Below, in pieces: positions 1 to 14,044 of a stretch of 64,000 nucleotides of DNA. Under the pieces are notes generated by a model. The model saw only the letters and a list, made by a program, of their open reading frames with translations, was not told the DNA's origin and did not search any database. The position numbers were made by a program, and so were the translations under genes. Every line of letters starts with the position of its first letter. Within the stretch, counting starts at the first letter, position 1. Origin of the DNA: Paragordius varius (taxonomy: Eukaryota; Animalia; Nematomorpha); contig OZ176051.1 of assembly GCA_964247055.1 (NCBI GenBank), positions 5,518,001 through 5,582,000 on the forward strand, given 5' to 3'.

Positions 1-45
1 CATAACAAAAATGTAACTAAGTTAACGTGGAGAATAAATGTGTAC

Positions 46-1016
46 CTAAAGGCTAAAACACATTGGTCTAATATAACTGAATGTGCATTGATCTAGCCAA
101 AAAATAGTTGATTGATATAAATTTAATTTATATACACAATATATATATATAACATGGTATGAAAACCATTCCCATGCAATTAGTTTGATAGAAACTTCTG
201 TAATTTATTCCATAAATCCAAACTGGACAAGTGTCCTCGTCTCTTATTTTTTTACTATTCGTCAAATAACTAGGTATCAATAATTTGTATCTTAAATAAA
301 ATTCCATTTTTGTAAATTTTTATTCTTTATTTTAAATTATATAAAAGGATAAAAAATCTGTTTTAAGAGGTAGAAGAGATTTAAATAAATTAAAGGTCTA
401 TCTATGCATGCCTAACTATATGTATGTTTGTCCGTGTGATTTATAATGATTAAAATATGTGTGAATTTAAAATTTTTTCGATAAAATTTTTTGACACAGA
501 GTTTCCGTCGGATTAAATCATATCATATTTATTTTAGTTTAAAACTTTTTTTGCAAACTGGGATTATTGGAACGTAAAAATGATGGTTAAGTTAAATTAA
601 TTAAATATGTTAAAAAAACTCTTTGAGGCAAAACAAGTTTTGAAACGGTCCTCTACGCTAAAATTGTTAAAAATTATTATTATATCCTTTGTCAGGATAT
701 GTATTCGATTTTTGAAATCTGACACAAGCAATTTTTGGCTCCGGTTTTTTTGTGAATATTTTTTTACAAATCGCGGTTTGCAAAAAGAATGTTTTGAATT
801 GCGTTATCAATGCAGTTTATTTCCCGTCTACAAAAAAGATATATAAACCACAAAAAGTTTTATGTCCTAAATATTAAAATAGAAAAGATATTAAAACCTG
901 GCCATGAAAATCAAAACAAAACAGGTAATAATCGGTATATCAAAAAACTTTTGTAAACGATAAAAAAAGCTTGTACTTCGAATAATTTCTTTCACTACTC
1001 CAATAAACGATTTCCA
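46..1016 (-). CDS. Partial hypothetical multi-exon gene running off the window's left edge; putative exons ~1016-898, 827-768, 269-167, 92-46
   Basis: Four phase-compatible open segments with GT/AG ends splice to ...FFDIPIITCFVLIFMAR-REINCIDNAIQNILFANRD-FYLTNSKKIRDEDTCPVWIYGINYRSFYQTNCMGM-INAHSVILDQCVLAFR. No family recognised; the 5' end is unresolved. Confidence 0.4.
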
Positions 1017-1515
1017 TCAACCATTAGTTTAATACATTAATTTTTATAAGCTTTTTGGCCTTGGGGTTAGATAGGGGTAAGGTTAATACATTAATTTTTA
1101 TATTTTTTATATAAAAATATATTGATGTACATTGATGAGGGACAAAATTTGTCCTCCAAAAAATGATAATTGGGTTATGTCTTAAACAATAACCGGTTTT
1201 TGTTGGGTTTTTTTTTCGTTTGTCCCTAAATAAATATTTGCATATGTTACATAATATAATAAGCAAAAAATTAATTTAATGTATATGATAATAAATTTGT
1301 ATTTAGCCAAGTTAAATAATTTATTTTATTTGAAACAATTCTTCTATCCAATATCAGGTAACATGTATATTTGATTATTTAAAATTAAAATTTAATTTTC
1401 GCAGTGATAGGTATACATGTAATTTTAAGTCAAACTTATCAGACTAATCGTTTAAAATGGTAAAAATAAAGTGTAATTTTTAAACAATTTAAATTCTTTA
1501 TTGGCTAAATTAATG

Positions 1516-1519
<4 letters not shown>

Positions 1520-1595
<76 letters not shown>
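1520..1595. repeat. (TA)n microsatellite, ~38 units
   Basis: Uninterrupted TA run. It produces the IYIYIY stretch in ORF 1452-1715. Confidence 0.97.
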
Positions 1596-1597
<2 letters not shown>

Positions 1598-4500
1598 CTA
1601 ATCCAGAATGGTATATTTTATAAATATTATACAATATATTTTTTTGAATTTGAAAAGAAAATGCTTGAATTTCTTCATCATAAACTACATTCTTTCCAAA
1701 AAATAGGATCATCAACTGTTAAATAATTAATAAGTATAAAATTAATGCCTAAGTAAAAAAATATTTTTTTATTAATATCATCTTATTTGATGGATTAAAT
1801 TTTTGGTATATTTATATTCTTGGAAAATTTTGACATTATCCAGGTCAAATGAAATTTATATTAAATTATCCAATTTTAGTTAGCTAGTATGGATAGTTAA
1901 CTATTTTTTCATACTAAATTTTAAAGTTTTCAACGCAATTAATTTGAAATTAATCCCACAAGCAATTAAGAATTTTTAGTGATAATATTGTTTTGATTCA
2001 TGATTATGATAATTTAAGTTATTACTTATCAACAAGGTGCATGTATTTTAAACTCTAGAATTTTTTTAAAAATCAGATTAATTAATTGTCTTTTATGAAA
2101 TCTATAAAATTTTAAGTTGGATGACCGTTTCCCATAGCTAAAAAAATACACATAATACAACAAAAATCAATACTATAATAAGATATTTGAATGTGCCTGT
2201 TATTTTATTATAAAAAGTGTTAAATTTATAATGTTGTAATATAATATTAAAAATAATGATTGTTTTTTTTTCGAACATCTAATATATATATGATCAAATT
2301 TGTCGTCTTTTTATCTTTGAAATACTTTGTTCTCTTCAAAAGTTGTGTTGTTTTTTACAACTTTTTTTTCGTTTGATCAGTGAGACAGGACTTAACAGTT
2401 TATTTTATTGCGCTATTTTTAGTATATGTAATTTATGAGATAATGATTTAGATTGTCATACATAGATAATCTGATTTATTTACAATGTATAAATACTTGT
2501 ATTTTTATTACGCACCAATCAAGGTTAATGATTAGTGTCAAAAAGCTATTTGGTTTTTTTTTCATAAAACGGATTGGGACTTAAATTCATGCTTAAATAT
2601 AATTTTTGATTATAGTGTTACAATTTATTGCGCCTTGACGCTCTGAAATTCCGTATAGAATTATTAATGGGTACGTTTTTTCGTTATTTTTTATTACAGT
2701 ATTAACAATCATGTTGATCTATTCACATTATTATGGACCAATTTGTAATACACAGTAGTATATGGGTAAAAACAACAAACTGTTTAAATTAAACCATTTC
2801 TCCCTATCTTACAACATTCATTTTTCATTCGATTATGGACGAGATCTGTTTTATAAGACGCTACTATATTATAAATTGAACAACAATAATGTAAATATAG
2901 CATCAATGTTTTTAAAATTTGGATACGAAATTATACTATGCGGGATATTTTTAATAATAATTTTAATCGTTTTAATATTTATTTATGGATTAAATTAAAT
3001 TGATAATTAATACCAAGAACTGCGGTGTACTTAAAATGACTAATAAATTGATTTTTTTATTGAACTAAATTTTAAATTTTTGACACTTTTTTTAAATTCC
3101 TTGACAATGTCATCCAATTTTTCAAAATTGATATGATCTTCTAAATTACTTTGAAATTAATCATATTTTTCACCAGGTAGAAAATAATTATTGAATTTTA
3201 TTGGTTTTAGTTTATGGTGAAACTATAAGTCTTCTACAATATTTAACCAATATATATATGGTACGTATTATATTACAGCAGTTAAATACAAAATAATTTC
3301 CCCTGTGTATTGATTATATATATAGAATATTGTTCTTTGATCAAATTTATGTCCACTGACTTTCTAGCATTTAGAAATTTTTGTAACAAGCGTAAGGTTA
3401 AAATTTTGAATTTTTTTTCATTTTGGCGCAATATAAACTAATTTTAAACATTTTAATTTGGTTGAATATCATTTTATGTTTTCATTTACATATTTTGCAT
3501 ATAAAAAACAAAAACAAAATGATGACTCTTTATAAATATTAATTTTTTTTCAAGTACAAAAATTTTCAAATTTTTCTAAAAGAAATTAAACTTTTAAACC
3601 ACGCAAAAGTTAGCATATAAAACGAAACGAAATAAATAAGTAAGGGATTAAGTCGCTCGCTAGGCCTGAATTAAATATCAGCCATGAAAAAAAGCTCTCA
3701 TTTGTCATAATAATAATTTTATCTTCCAGTTAAATAATTTTAATTAGGTTTTTTTTTATCTCTTGCAAAATAAAATATTTGATGGTTTAGAGAGTTACTC
3801 TTTTTTTGACATAGAATTTAAATGAGCTAGCTAACTAGCTTTATTTTATATAAAAAAATGAAATTATATGGCTAATTAAAGATAATTAAATTAAATATTT
3901 ATAAAATTTAAAATTAAATATGTACAAATTTTACTATAAATTCCAATGTCTACGAAGCCAAATTAATAGAGAACAAATTTTTACTAATTCATCATATAAT
4001 ATACATCAGTATCCCAAATTATTTTAAAAAAGCAAAAACAAATCGGGTCATAACAAAACGACATTTAAAATGAATGTCGCCTAATTGTTAATTCAATTAA
4101 GTTAATCCATGTAATAATATAATTATTTAAAATGGCAACCCTGAAATGTCAAATTAGCCTAAAAAATTTAGTCATCTAAAAGAGTTTTAAAATCAATTGA
4201 TATTTTACATTAATTTGACAATAACCTTCTCTAATAACAATAAATGGCAATTAAAAAGTAATTAATTTTATTTACATTACGTTAATATAAAAAAACGCTT
4301 AAATTACAAATTTCTAAAAAATTGATATTGATATGTGATATATGTTATAATTACGGATTATTATCCTATAAAATTATTTATTTAATTTAAATTTATCTAA
4401 AAATAAACTTGGAGTAATTTTTATGCCATAACCCAAAATTACAGATGTTAGTTCTCGATTTCGATGGCACTAAAATCCAAATTTAACATCCAGCTGATTT

Positions 4501-4966
4501 TGGAGTCAAAATTACTCTTATAATATTTGGCATAATTTTATTTCATAATACATTTGTATTTCCTACATTTAGCTATTTGATTTAAAATGGCACTTAATTA
4601 AAACATTAGAAAAAATTTTTAGTATATTGCACCTTAAAGACTATGTTATAAATTAGCCAAATTTACAAATATGTTCCTTATACAGAAAAATTGCAACTTA
4701 AATGCAATGCTATTTTATAATTAAATTTATTCTTTTTCAAAAGTATCAAACTAACTATATAGCTGAAATTTTAGACTTTTCGGCACCGTAATTAAATTTT
4801 TGATACATTTTTTATATCAAACTGACTGGGTAAAATTAACATAAATGGGTAATGGTTTTCTATTTAACATAATGTAACATCCCACTTTTTATCCAAAAGC
4901 TAAATTTTCTATAATTAAAGAGGCAAAAAATTTAGAAATCCAAATATTCGACACATGTGCACAGTG

Positions 4967-5265
4967 CAGTAAAAACTAAAATATTATACTGACAAAACGT
5001 GAATTATAAAGAAAAATATTTTTTTCTAAAAGACAATGATAATTTTTATACTGATTAAAATCGAACTTATTGTTTAAAATGGCAAAGTATGAAATAGATA
5101 TATATATATATATATATAACAAACATAACCAATTCTATATTTTACAATCGTAACTAAATAGTTTATATAGGTGAAATTTAGGTTTAGAAAAGTATGGTCG
5201 TCTTTTAGATAAAAATATTCGCCTTTATATTTTTCGTTTTGTCCGTATAAAATCAATTTTTACTT
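4967..5265. mobile_element. Palindromic MITE (family 2, cagtaaa...attatacggacaa ends), Tc1/mariner-like
   Basis: The two halves are inverted copies. Homologous to 46257-46531 and 55740-56001. Confidence 0.6.
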
Positions 5266-5339
5266 ATGTATATTTATCATCATATTTATCAATTATTATT
5301 GTTATCCGCTTTTATAATTAATATATATGAATAATCTCG

Positions 5340-5780
5340 AAGCTTGTAATCAGTTTATTTAGAAATTAATTTATATATTCTGAATTACAGAAACCCCTTT
5401 GAGTTCCAAAATCTTACAAACTTAATTAATAAGTATTTAACAGTTTCCCTCAGCAGGCACCTATTCCATATTTTCTGGTTTTTTGGCACCTTGGATTTAA
5501 TCATATGCTCTTAAAAATAAAATGAAACTTTGCCTATTTATAACTTAACAATATCCTATCCACCCATTGATTTGCGTTTCTATATTAATGGAATAATGTG
5601 GGTATTTTACCTTAAAACCATATTGTATTTTGACTGCTCTTTTTTCTACCACTAATTGATTTTAATCCATGTTATAAAATCTTATGCTGACTGCATTACA
5701 AATAAAACAAATTCTTTCTGCATACAATTCCAATTTAATCATTGCTGGATATATTTCTATTATATTTAGTAAAATGTTTA
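5340..5780 (-). pseudogene. Decayed non-LTR retrotransposon reverse-transcriptase fragment
   Basis: Minus-strand frames with stops show RT-like motifs in the expected order: QYGFK, FLRAYD (cf. KAFD), KTRKYGI..KLLNTY, and GTQRG (cf. GVPQG). Confidence 0.45.
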
Positions 5781-7193
5781 AAAGTTTTTTTATCTTAAAA
5801 ATAAAGCGGCAAAATTATTAGGATCAATCATCGTTACTTATTCTTTTTTCTCGATGGATAATAAAAGAACCATATTTTGCTTAAATGCAAAAATCGCTTT
5901 GAAGTTTTGACATTAATGGAATGAAAATATATATCTTGATTGGTAGGTAACAAGAAAGTTATTATTATCTAATTTATTAAATAGTGTTATTCAATTTGGA
6001 CGCATTATGTTTCAACCAAGATTTATTGTTTTAAATGATTTGATCGGTTATTTAATTGAATCGGTTGAAAATCTATATTTCCTTTTTTTACATTTGAAAG
6101 ATATTAAACTTCTTGCAATCATAAACATCGCGTTAAAAAAACCGCTGTTCATTTGATTAATAGATTTTAATCCGGATAATTTAAAAAGGTTAAATTATTT
6201 ATATATAATCTAAGATGGGTTTATAATTATTTTGCTAGAATTTACGTTAATTTTAAATTAAATTTCACTTTGAACCCTAAGAAAATGCTAAAATCTGATA
6301 TAATTTTAATGGTCTTTTAGCCCTATTATCCAAAGATAAGCCACTCAATTAAATGTTTCGGAATTAATTTAACTTCATTGGTATATAAATGTTTTTATTT
6401 TTTTATAGTTTGCCCTTGTAATATTCTTATAAATCTTTTAACTGGGCGTCACTTTGTTAGCTAACTTTAGCCATCTATTTAATCAAGGATTGTTTTTCAT
6501 ATTAAATTTTGGGTACATTGTCTCAATTTTCATATAATTTAAATGCTTCAAATATGTGGACAATTAAAATTTTTATTTTTATCGACTGTTAGCTCTTAAT
6601 TATACTCGTTAATTAGAAATCATTGTGTTTCAATTCCTAAAAAATATGAATACCCTAAGGTTTTATATTATAAGGCAAAAATGGTTATAACTTTGGAGGG
6701 GATTGGCTAAAAACAATGTAAACTTAAACAAGAATGGGACCCAGTAATTTACTAAAATATAAAAATTTTACCTATAGTCTTAAACTTAATTACAACTTCC
6801 ATAATAAAAGATTACAAAATGTTTGCCATATTTTATAAGAAAATAAAATAAAATTATAGGTATAAAAAAACTCATTATAATTACAATCTTGATTCGCATG
6901 TCCTGTCTAATTGTCCTTGCAAAACAGTTTTAGTGTTTCTTAGCTGCTTTTTTAATTATATTTTAGTGTGATCACATTCGTTAATTTATTCATTTTTTCT
7001 GACTTAAAAAAACGGATGAAATTTTTCCTTCAATCTCCTGCTATGTGTACATTTAGCTTTACTCTTCAAATGATAGCGTTTAACAATCAATTTTTGGGAA
7101 TGCCAGAATACTTATTTAATAGTTGTTCATGTCTGAAAACAACATTATAAAAGAGGTTTAGATGGTTCTATATCTGAATTTCAACATATAATA

Positions 7194-7350
7194 CAGTAAG
7201 AGTGAATATATATTGCTAATTTTTTGCATCTAAATATTGCTATATAGCATATGCAGCAAAGAGAATTATTTTTTGGTTAATAGTAGTAAAAAGCGGAAAA
7301 AATAGTCAATAATACTGCCCTTTGCTGAATATGTTATTTGGCAATATAAC
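7194..7350. mobile_element. Partial copy of ~196-bp MITE (family 1)
   Basis: Starts tacagtaagagtg and matches the internal sequence of 19506-19701 (atagcatatgcagcaa...aatactgccctttg). Confidence 0.65.
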
Positions 7351-7379
7351 ACTAGTCGACAAATTTGGACATTTTTAAG

Positions 7380-7920
7380 CACCACCACTCAAACTTTTTA
7401 AATTATGACTAATTTCAGTGTTTTAAAACCGAATTTGAAAAAAATTTCGATCCCGCCAATCAGAATTTTGAAATTTTATAGGTTCTTCAATTTTTCAAAA
7501 ACAAGAGAAAATCGAGAGAAAATTAAATATAACTTTATTATAAAATGATATTATATTATAAACTTAATATCATTTTATAAAGCGTTTTAAACTCTATCTT
7601 TTGAATATAAATATGTCATTTAAATATCAGAGAAAAAAAAATAGTACGGACTTAAACGTCAAAATTTAGTCTGTTTTTCCAAGTGAATTTTTAACACATA
7701 TAAAATTTTATTTAAAAAATACTAAAAAAGGCATTCTATGGTTTAAACCTTCGGCTTTCAGATAGGCTATATTTTTTTGTTAGATTTCGTTCTTTCGAGT
7801 ACTTATTAGACTTTTTCTCTTGAGTTGGTTCTTATAAAAAATCTTTTATTTATACCTAGTGGATATACCTTATTTTTTCAAAATTATTGGTTGTTTTGTA
7901 TTTTGAATTTCAGATGGATG
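7380..7920. repeat. Dispersed repeat, also at ~50575-50940
   Basis: Shared blocks accaccact, aaatactaaaa-aggcatt, tatacctagtggata and tattttgaatttcagatg in the same order. Confidence 0.55.
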
Positions 7921-8339
7921 TTGTGTAGCCACTTTTAGTAGAATTTACTGTTATGGGGTTGGACCATTTGTATTTACCTAATTTATATTCAATTTAATTG
8001 TAGAATTTATCTAACTTTATTCTGTAAATTGGTTAATTTGACATGTCAATTTGCCACGATTTTGCTTGCAAGTCTCTCTTATCGGACTTTACGATTACTT
8101 ATTGTTATCTTTGCCATATCTGGCATAGTTATAGGGTCGCTTGGGGGATATGCAGAGCTTGTGCAACCGCCCATATCTATCACACTATACATAAGCCCCT
8201 TTTAAATTTTTAATACTTTGGCTCTTAGCTTGTTTAGTATCTTATTTAATGCCTAGAATTTGTTATCCATGCATGGAATATTACTTGTATCGACTTGCTT
8301 GTTTGAATATTTAAACATATGTACACGAGGAATGATTGT

Positions 8340-8491
8340 TATTTTTGAATTAAATACAAATTTAAAAATTAAATTTTGGAAAAATCCTATTGGTGGCCTC
8401 AATTTTCTTTTTTGTTTTGGCCTTTCCATGCCATTAGGTATCAGAAAATGCAAAAATAATGGGGTGGTGCAAAACCTTGTTGAGCAGTGTA
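8340..8491. mobile_element. Tc1-like element end, also at ~51405-51535
   Basis: Shared ...ttttg-cctttccatg...ggggtgg(t/a)gcaaaaccttgttga. This copy ends gagcagtg|TA, a Tc1-type CACTG terminus plus TA. Confidence 0.5.
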
Positions 8492-10589
8492 ATTAATGAA
8501 AAATTAGCAATGTATACTTACTCATAATGTATTGACAACTGTTATTCTAGTCTGAAAACAGTATAAATCAGAATAATGTGGTGTTTTACCTCTGAAATTT
8601 GATATAACCCGCAAGCAATCTAAATGTAAATCAATTTGGTTTTAGGCTATTTCAAATAAAATAATAGATTACATTTGCAATTACCCACTGTAAAAACATA
8701 TATACAACAAACTACTATTAATCAATAATAAATTTGTACTCGATCAGTGTATATTAATTGCCATAATAAATCATAAAGATATATTTTTAGCATATCAATA
8801 ATAGTAACAACTATGAGATTGCAATTATATATTTTGTTTTTTAATATAAATATTGGTAAAACAGGAAAAAAATTGTTTTTCCCACATCACAATTACATCT
8901 AATTGATAAAATAATTGAGACATTGTTAATGTTAAATCGGTTGTTTAACAAATTAACAAAATAAAATCTCTTTATAAAAAAATATATACAATAATCAATT
9001 TTCCGGTAAACCCAATTTAAAGTTAAATGCCAAACATAGTCGAACTTTTTCAATTGGCGTTCATCCCGACCCCCCTTGTATAAAAATGGCATTTTTAACT
9101 AAATAGGTCCCCAAAAGATATTTTATTAAGCAATTTTTTGATTATATACACTTTAATTATAATTCCATTTTTAAAATTCGGTCTGTTTAATTTGGATACA
9201 TACTCTTATGTTTTATAAATTAAAAAAGATATTTTATTCAACTTTTATTGCTATTATTTATTAATAACATACTTAAATCATGTTGGATCAATACATCTAA
9301 ATTAGATTGGTTAATATATTACATTAAAAAATTGTAAATTTTATAAGTCACCAATTTTTTTCAAACAGTTAAGTGTGATTGATATAGTTTTACTAAGACA
9401 GGATATACTTTTTTTAAAAAATGACGTTTTGGATAAATTAATACACTTAAATTAAAAAATGATGTATGATATAGAGATATTATTATTTGTAGATTATCTC
9501 TGTTGCTGATCTAATATTTTGGATAAACTTTAGTTGAAGGAAATTTTTTTCAAAATTTAGTTTAATATTTTGTGTGCGATTGACCCCTTAACTCAAACTA
9601 TCCAATCAATCTCAATTATACAATTATATTTCTCACAGTTAATGAAAGATGCTAAAATAGCGCAATTATCTGATATTTTAATTTTTTGCCTTTTTCAACT
9701 ATTGAAATTTTTGTAGTATTATATGTAATTTTTTTCAAATAATTACTGTAATAATAATGCGAAACAAAATGAAAAATAGTATATTGGATTAAATCATTTT
9801 TTGCATTGCACGTTCGAAATTTCATCAATATATGATGATGATGGATCTATGTTCAAAAGATTTTTATTATAATTCAGAGGAGGAAAATTATATCAAAATT
9901 ATTTTTTGCTCGCTACCAACTCTCTCAACTAATTTGTTATATAGGTGTGATTTATCCACACATCTATGATAAAAATATCAAATTAATTATTTTTTATCAA
10001 GAATCGCAATAGTATTAGTTTTTTGCTTTAGCGAAAAAAACCAATATATTTGTGAATTTTTTCAATCTTATTCGATGGACATGTCTGATGCCAATTTTTT
10101 TTAATTACCAGGTCTTGAATGAGGTATATTGTCATTCTTTTTTAATTCTCGTTTTGTGCTGTAAACAGAACCGCAATAATACTCAAACCTTTAAATTCAA
10201 ATATTTTATCAAATCTTATTGGTTCCATTATAATTAATGAAAATGCAATATTAACCCAAAAAACATAATATTCTTTCGAATTTTTGAATTTTTTTATCGA
10301 TGTTTGATGGATTACACTGGACAACAAATTTTTCTGCTACTCGAGTTTGTTGCATTTTCTGATATTTAATATCATTATAACAGTAAATCGAAACAAAAAT
10401 TATAACTCGATGGAAGAATTTTGTATAATTTGATTTTTTTGATTATGCGCCCTCTTTATCAAAATTTTACTAAAAAATGTTTTTCTTTGAAAATATACAA
10501 GTAATGCCCATTTGTAATATATCATTCGAAAGAGTATAAAAACTCTATAAAATGCATACTAATATGTATTACATCGACAGTTAATATTG

Positions 10590-11300
10590 GACACAAAGAG
10601 CGACAAACGCGCGAAGCGAGAGCATTTTTTTTAATTATTATATTTTTTAAACTAATGGATGAAAATAGCTCAAACTTTGTTTAGATGGTGATGAATGTCT
10701 AAAAAATATAATAACTAGAAGGTTTTTTTGATTAAAACATTTTTTTATTGCTTTTTTGTCACTCAAAACAGCCATTTTTAAGTTTTTTGTTTTTTAAAAA
10801 TTACCATCTCATCAATATTAATTTATCTTTGCGAGGTTGATAAATTTAAATTTTAAAGATAAAAACAAAGTTTAAGGTATTTTTGATCTTTTATAGCCAT
10901 TATGTAATAAATTTACAGTTATAACTATGCATTTTAGTATCCACTAGGTAAAATATTTATGATAATAATATTTTTTATTAAAAAAGCAAACCAAAAGCTT
11001 TTTCAAACATTTTTTTTAAATTTAATACTAATATAACCTTAATAATTATATTAAAATAATTTATATGATTTTCAAATTAGTATGTCTGAGAAAATTTTTG
11101 ACTTATTTAAGGATTGAAAATTTCGACCATTTAAATCCTAATAACTTTTATATCCGATTGATTTAAATGACTTACTACTATTTAAAAGATGCAGTTTTTT
11201 GCGCTCTTTCGAATGATATAAAATACATGGCTTCATATTTTAAACTTTTAATTTTCGAAATTCGAGTTTAATGTTAAATCGAGGCCAAAAATTATCGATA
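10590..11300. mobile_element. Non-autonomous DNA-transposon-like repeat; inverted copy at ~56560-57110
   Basis: Long collinear match: caaaacagc-attttaag, aaattaccatctcatcaatattaattta, tatgcatttt-gtatccactaggtaaaata, aaaccaaaagcttt. Confidence 0.65.
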
Positions 11301-14044
11301 AACTTTAATATAAAAAAATTCTTGAATGCTATACCAATTTTCTTTTCAGATATACTAATTATGTACTTTAATAAAATAAATTTTAAATTTAAAAGAATGG
11401 CAGTTATAAAAGGTTAAAATTTGTTGTCTAGTGTTATATAATAAACAATATATTGAATACTTAAATTAACACAAGATTCAAATTGAATTTCATATATATT
11501 AACACTCCATGACCTTTTGGGGTGGTTTTATATCCCCGAGCAATTTAAAATTTGAATATCTTAACAAGTATTAAATCGCTAATGCAACAGGCAAATGTAT
11601 ATGGTTAGAAAATATAAATAATCATTCAGGCTACATTTTACCAGCAAAAAATTGATATATTTTTTTTGTATCAGCTGTTCGTTTCAATTTTGTTTTAAAG
11701 CTTTTAGACTCTAAAAGTCACACAACTGTGAGCCTTTTCATGTAACACCTACAATGTTTGATAATTAAATCACTAAACTTTCAAAATAGCAATTTATACA
11801 AAATTGAGCTCTGGGATATACTACCCCTATATGGTAACTAAGACAAATAAATGAAAATGTTATGAAGTGGTAAAAACATTTATATACAAATGACCAATCT
11901 CTGCAATTTTTTTAATCTTATATAATTTAATTAGAAGAAATGTTAATTTATCAGGGTACGCACACAAATAGATAAAATAGGGTCAGCTCACAAAAAATGT
12001 TTTTAAAAGTTTTCACTGTATTAAAATATGCACAAATATCCACAAAACTTAAATTAAAGTTAACTTTTTCAAAAAAATTTCTCTTTTTCAAATAGCTATA
12101 TTCAATTATATATGACAATCTTATCCATTCACATTATTTGGCAATAATAAGTTTTATAAAACATAAGTTTACAACATGGATAAATAAATCGGATTAGTGT
12201 TATTTTGTGATATTTTTAATTTAAACATATTTGCAAAAAGATATTTTACAAAACTATATTAATTAATACTAATTAAGAAACTAGGTAACCTTATTACACC
12301 AGCCACACGTAATTCCTAATTAGTGCGAAGCCTCTCTGTATGCCTTTATTAAAATCTTCCTAGGATTATAAAAAATTTGTATATCAACTTTAAAGCTCAT
12401 TGATTTTTTTAATTATATCAACTATCGATAATAAAATAATGAATGGTGCGAATTAATTAAATATCAATAAATATAGTTCTTTAGATTCCTGTTTTTATAA
12501 CAGATGAGAGCATTTAGAAAACATAAGCTAATTAGACTGTCGCTTCAAAAACAATATAATTATGTTTTTAATAAAAATATCAGGGTATAAAAATTGATAT
12601 TTTGAATAATTGATTAATTTTTTACTTAAGATTACCTTACGATAGAAAAAACCAAAAACGTCCCAACCAAATTTTTATTTTGATCTAATCTAACGTATAT
12701 ATTTTCGGCTAGATGGCTTTTTGTCTTTATTAGACCCTATCTTATTTTAAGGGGTGTCAAAACAATAATAAATAAGCCAAAACAAAAATTTGATAATTTA
12801 ACATAATTGTGCGACATTTTTTAATAGTTTGACTTATTGCATTTGCCATAAAAAAACAACCCAAACCATGACTTAAAAATGGTTTCATATTATAAAGCTT
12901 TTGAAATTAAAAATTCTAAAATAGTTATATCATCTGATAAACATATGTTGATTCAACGGACTAATTTTTGAGAGCGGTCATGGTGGCGGTAATAATCGCT
13001 TGCTAAAATTCTTTTATGTTCAGTCAAATTTACCTTGATATAATCTTTTTATTTACTTAATAATATATAACCCACATTTTTCTACAGTTTACATTTTAGT
13101 ATATAATTCAATTTTATCTTTTTAGGTTTGACAAACATTACATGTAGCAATCGAAAATTCACTTTTAATAAATTCATTATATTATAGCTGATTTATAATT
13201 ATAACATTAATATAATATATAATTCTTTTATTTTTCTATATTACAAGTTTTATTTAACTGAGACCTTACACCAATTAAACTTCTATAAATAAGCTAGGTG
13301 ACCCTAAAATCCAAACACGTTAGATAAAAATGCCAATAAGTCCAAGGATTATATTTTTGAAATATATTCGTAAATTACCATATCGTTAAGAAAATGAATT
13401 ATTTTGAGAAATGATAATTAATTAAATATTTTAAGCCTAAAAAATGTGTTAGACATTTATTTAAATAGTGTTATTTGAGATAATGGGTGATACTATATTT
13501 GAATATTAATTGCAAATTAGCATAATGATTAATAAATAAGTATCATCGCATGCATAGTTAACACAAATAAAATCACGCAACACCTTTTTTTATTGGCATA
13601 TATGCCAAGATTTGGCTTATTAGTATACATAGTTCAATTTAAATGCATTTAAACCCATTTTCGATATGTTGTCATCTTTATTTAAAGTCATATATATATA
13701 CTTATTTCCTGTTATGTAATAACAATAATAATATTCATTTTATTGATAATTTTTATTTTAAAATCATCTTTTTACTATAGATAGATTTTACCAGAAACTC
13801 TGCTTTGTCGCGGAAGAATATACGAGAAAGACTCAAAAATTATCTCATAAGTACTAAACCATGATGGTAGAAATAGGTAAAAGCAACAGATCAATGCAAT
13901 GATTGCTATTGCAAAGAATTATTATTTTTCTTTCTATTTTTTCTACTGTAATACAAAATATGAATATGATGGCTTCTTCTGGTCCACCACACTCAAATTC
14001 TTATTGTCAACAGTGTCTTATTCGTTCTGTTTCCCATTTATGCT

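Noticed and set aside
1452-1715. 87-aa ORF with IYIYIY run
   Set aside because: Translation of a (TA)n microsatellite.
2290-2998. Possible small plus-strand gene (signal-like MIKFVVFL..., exon-like 2616-2669, ORF 2762-2998 with a C-terminal hydrophobic tail)
   Set aside because: I could not build a stop-free, phase-consistent model (in-frame TAG at 2756-58) and there is no homology support.
6960-7150. In-frame TGA codons here and at 62714-16 suggesting TGA recoding (Trp or Sec)
   Set aside because: Confident genes use TGG for Trp and show no internal TGA, and no SECIS was recognised. Decay or an indel explains these cases better.
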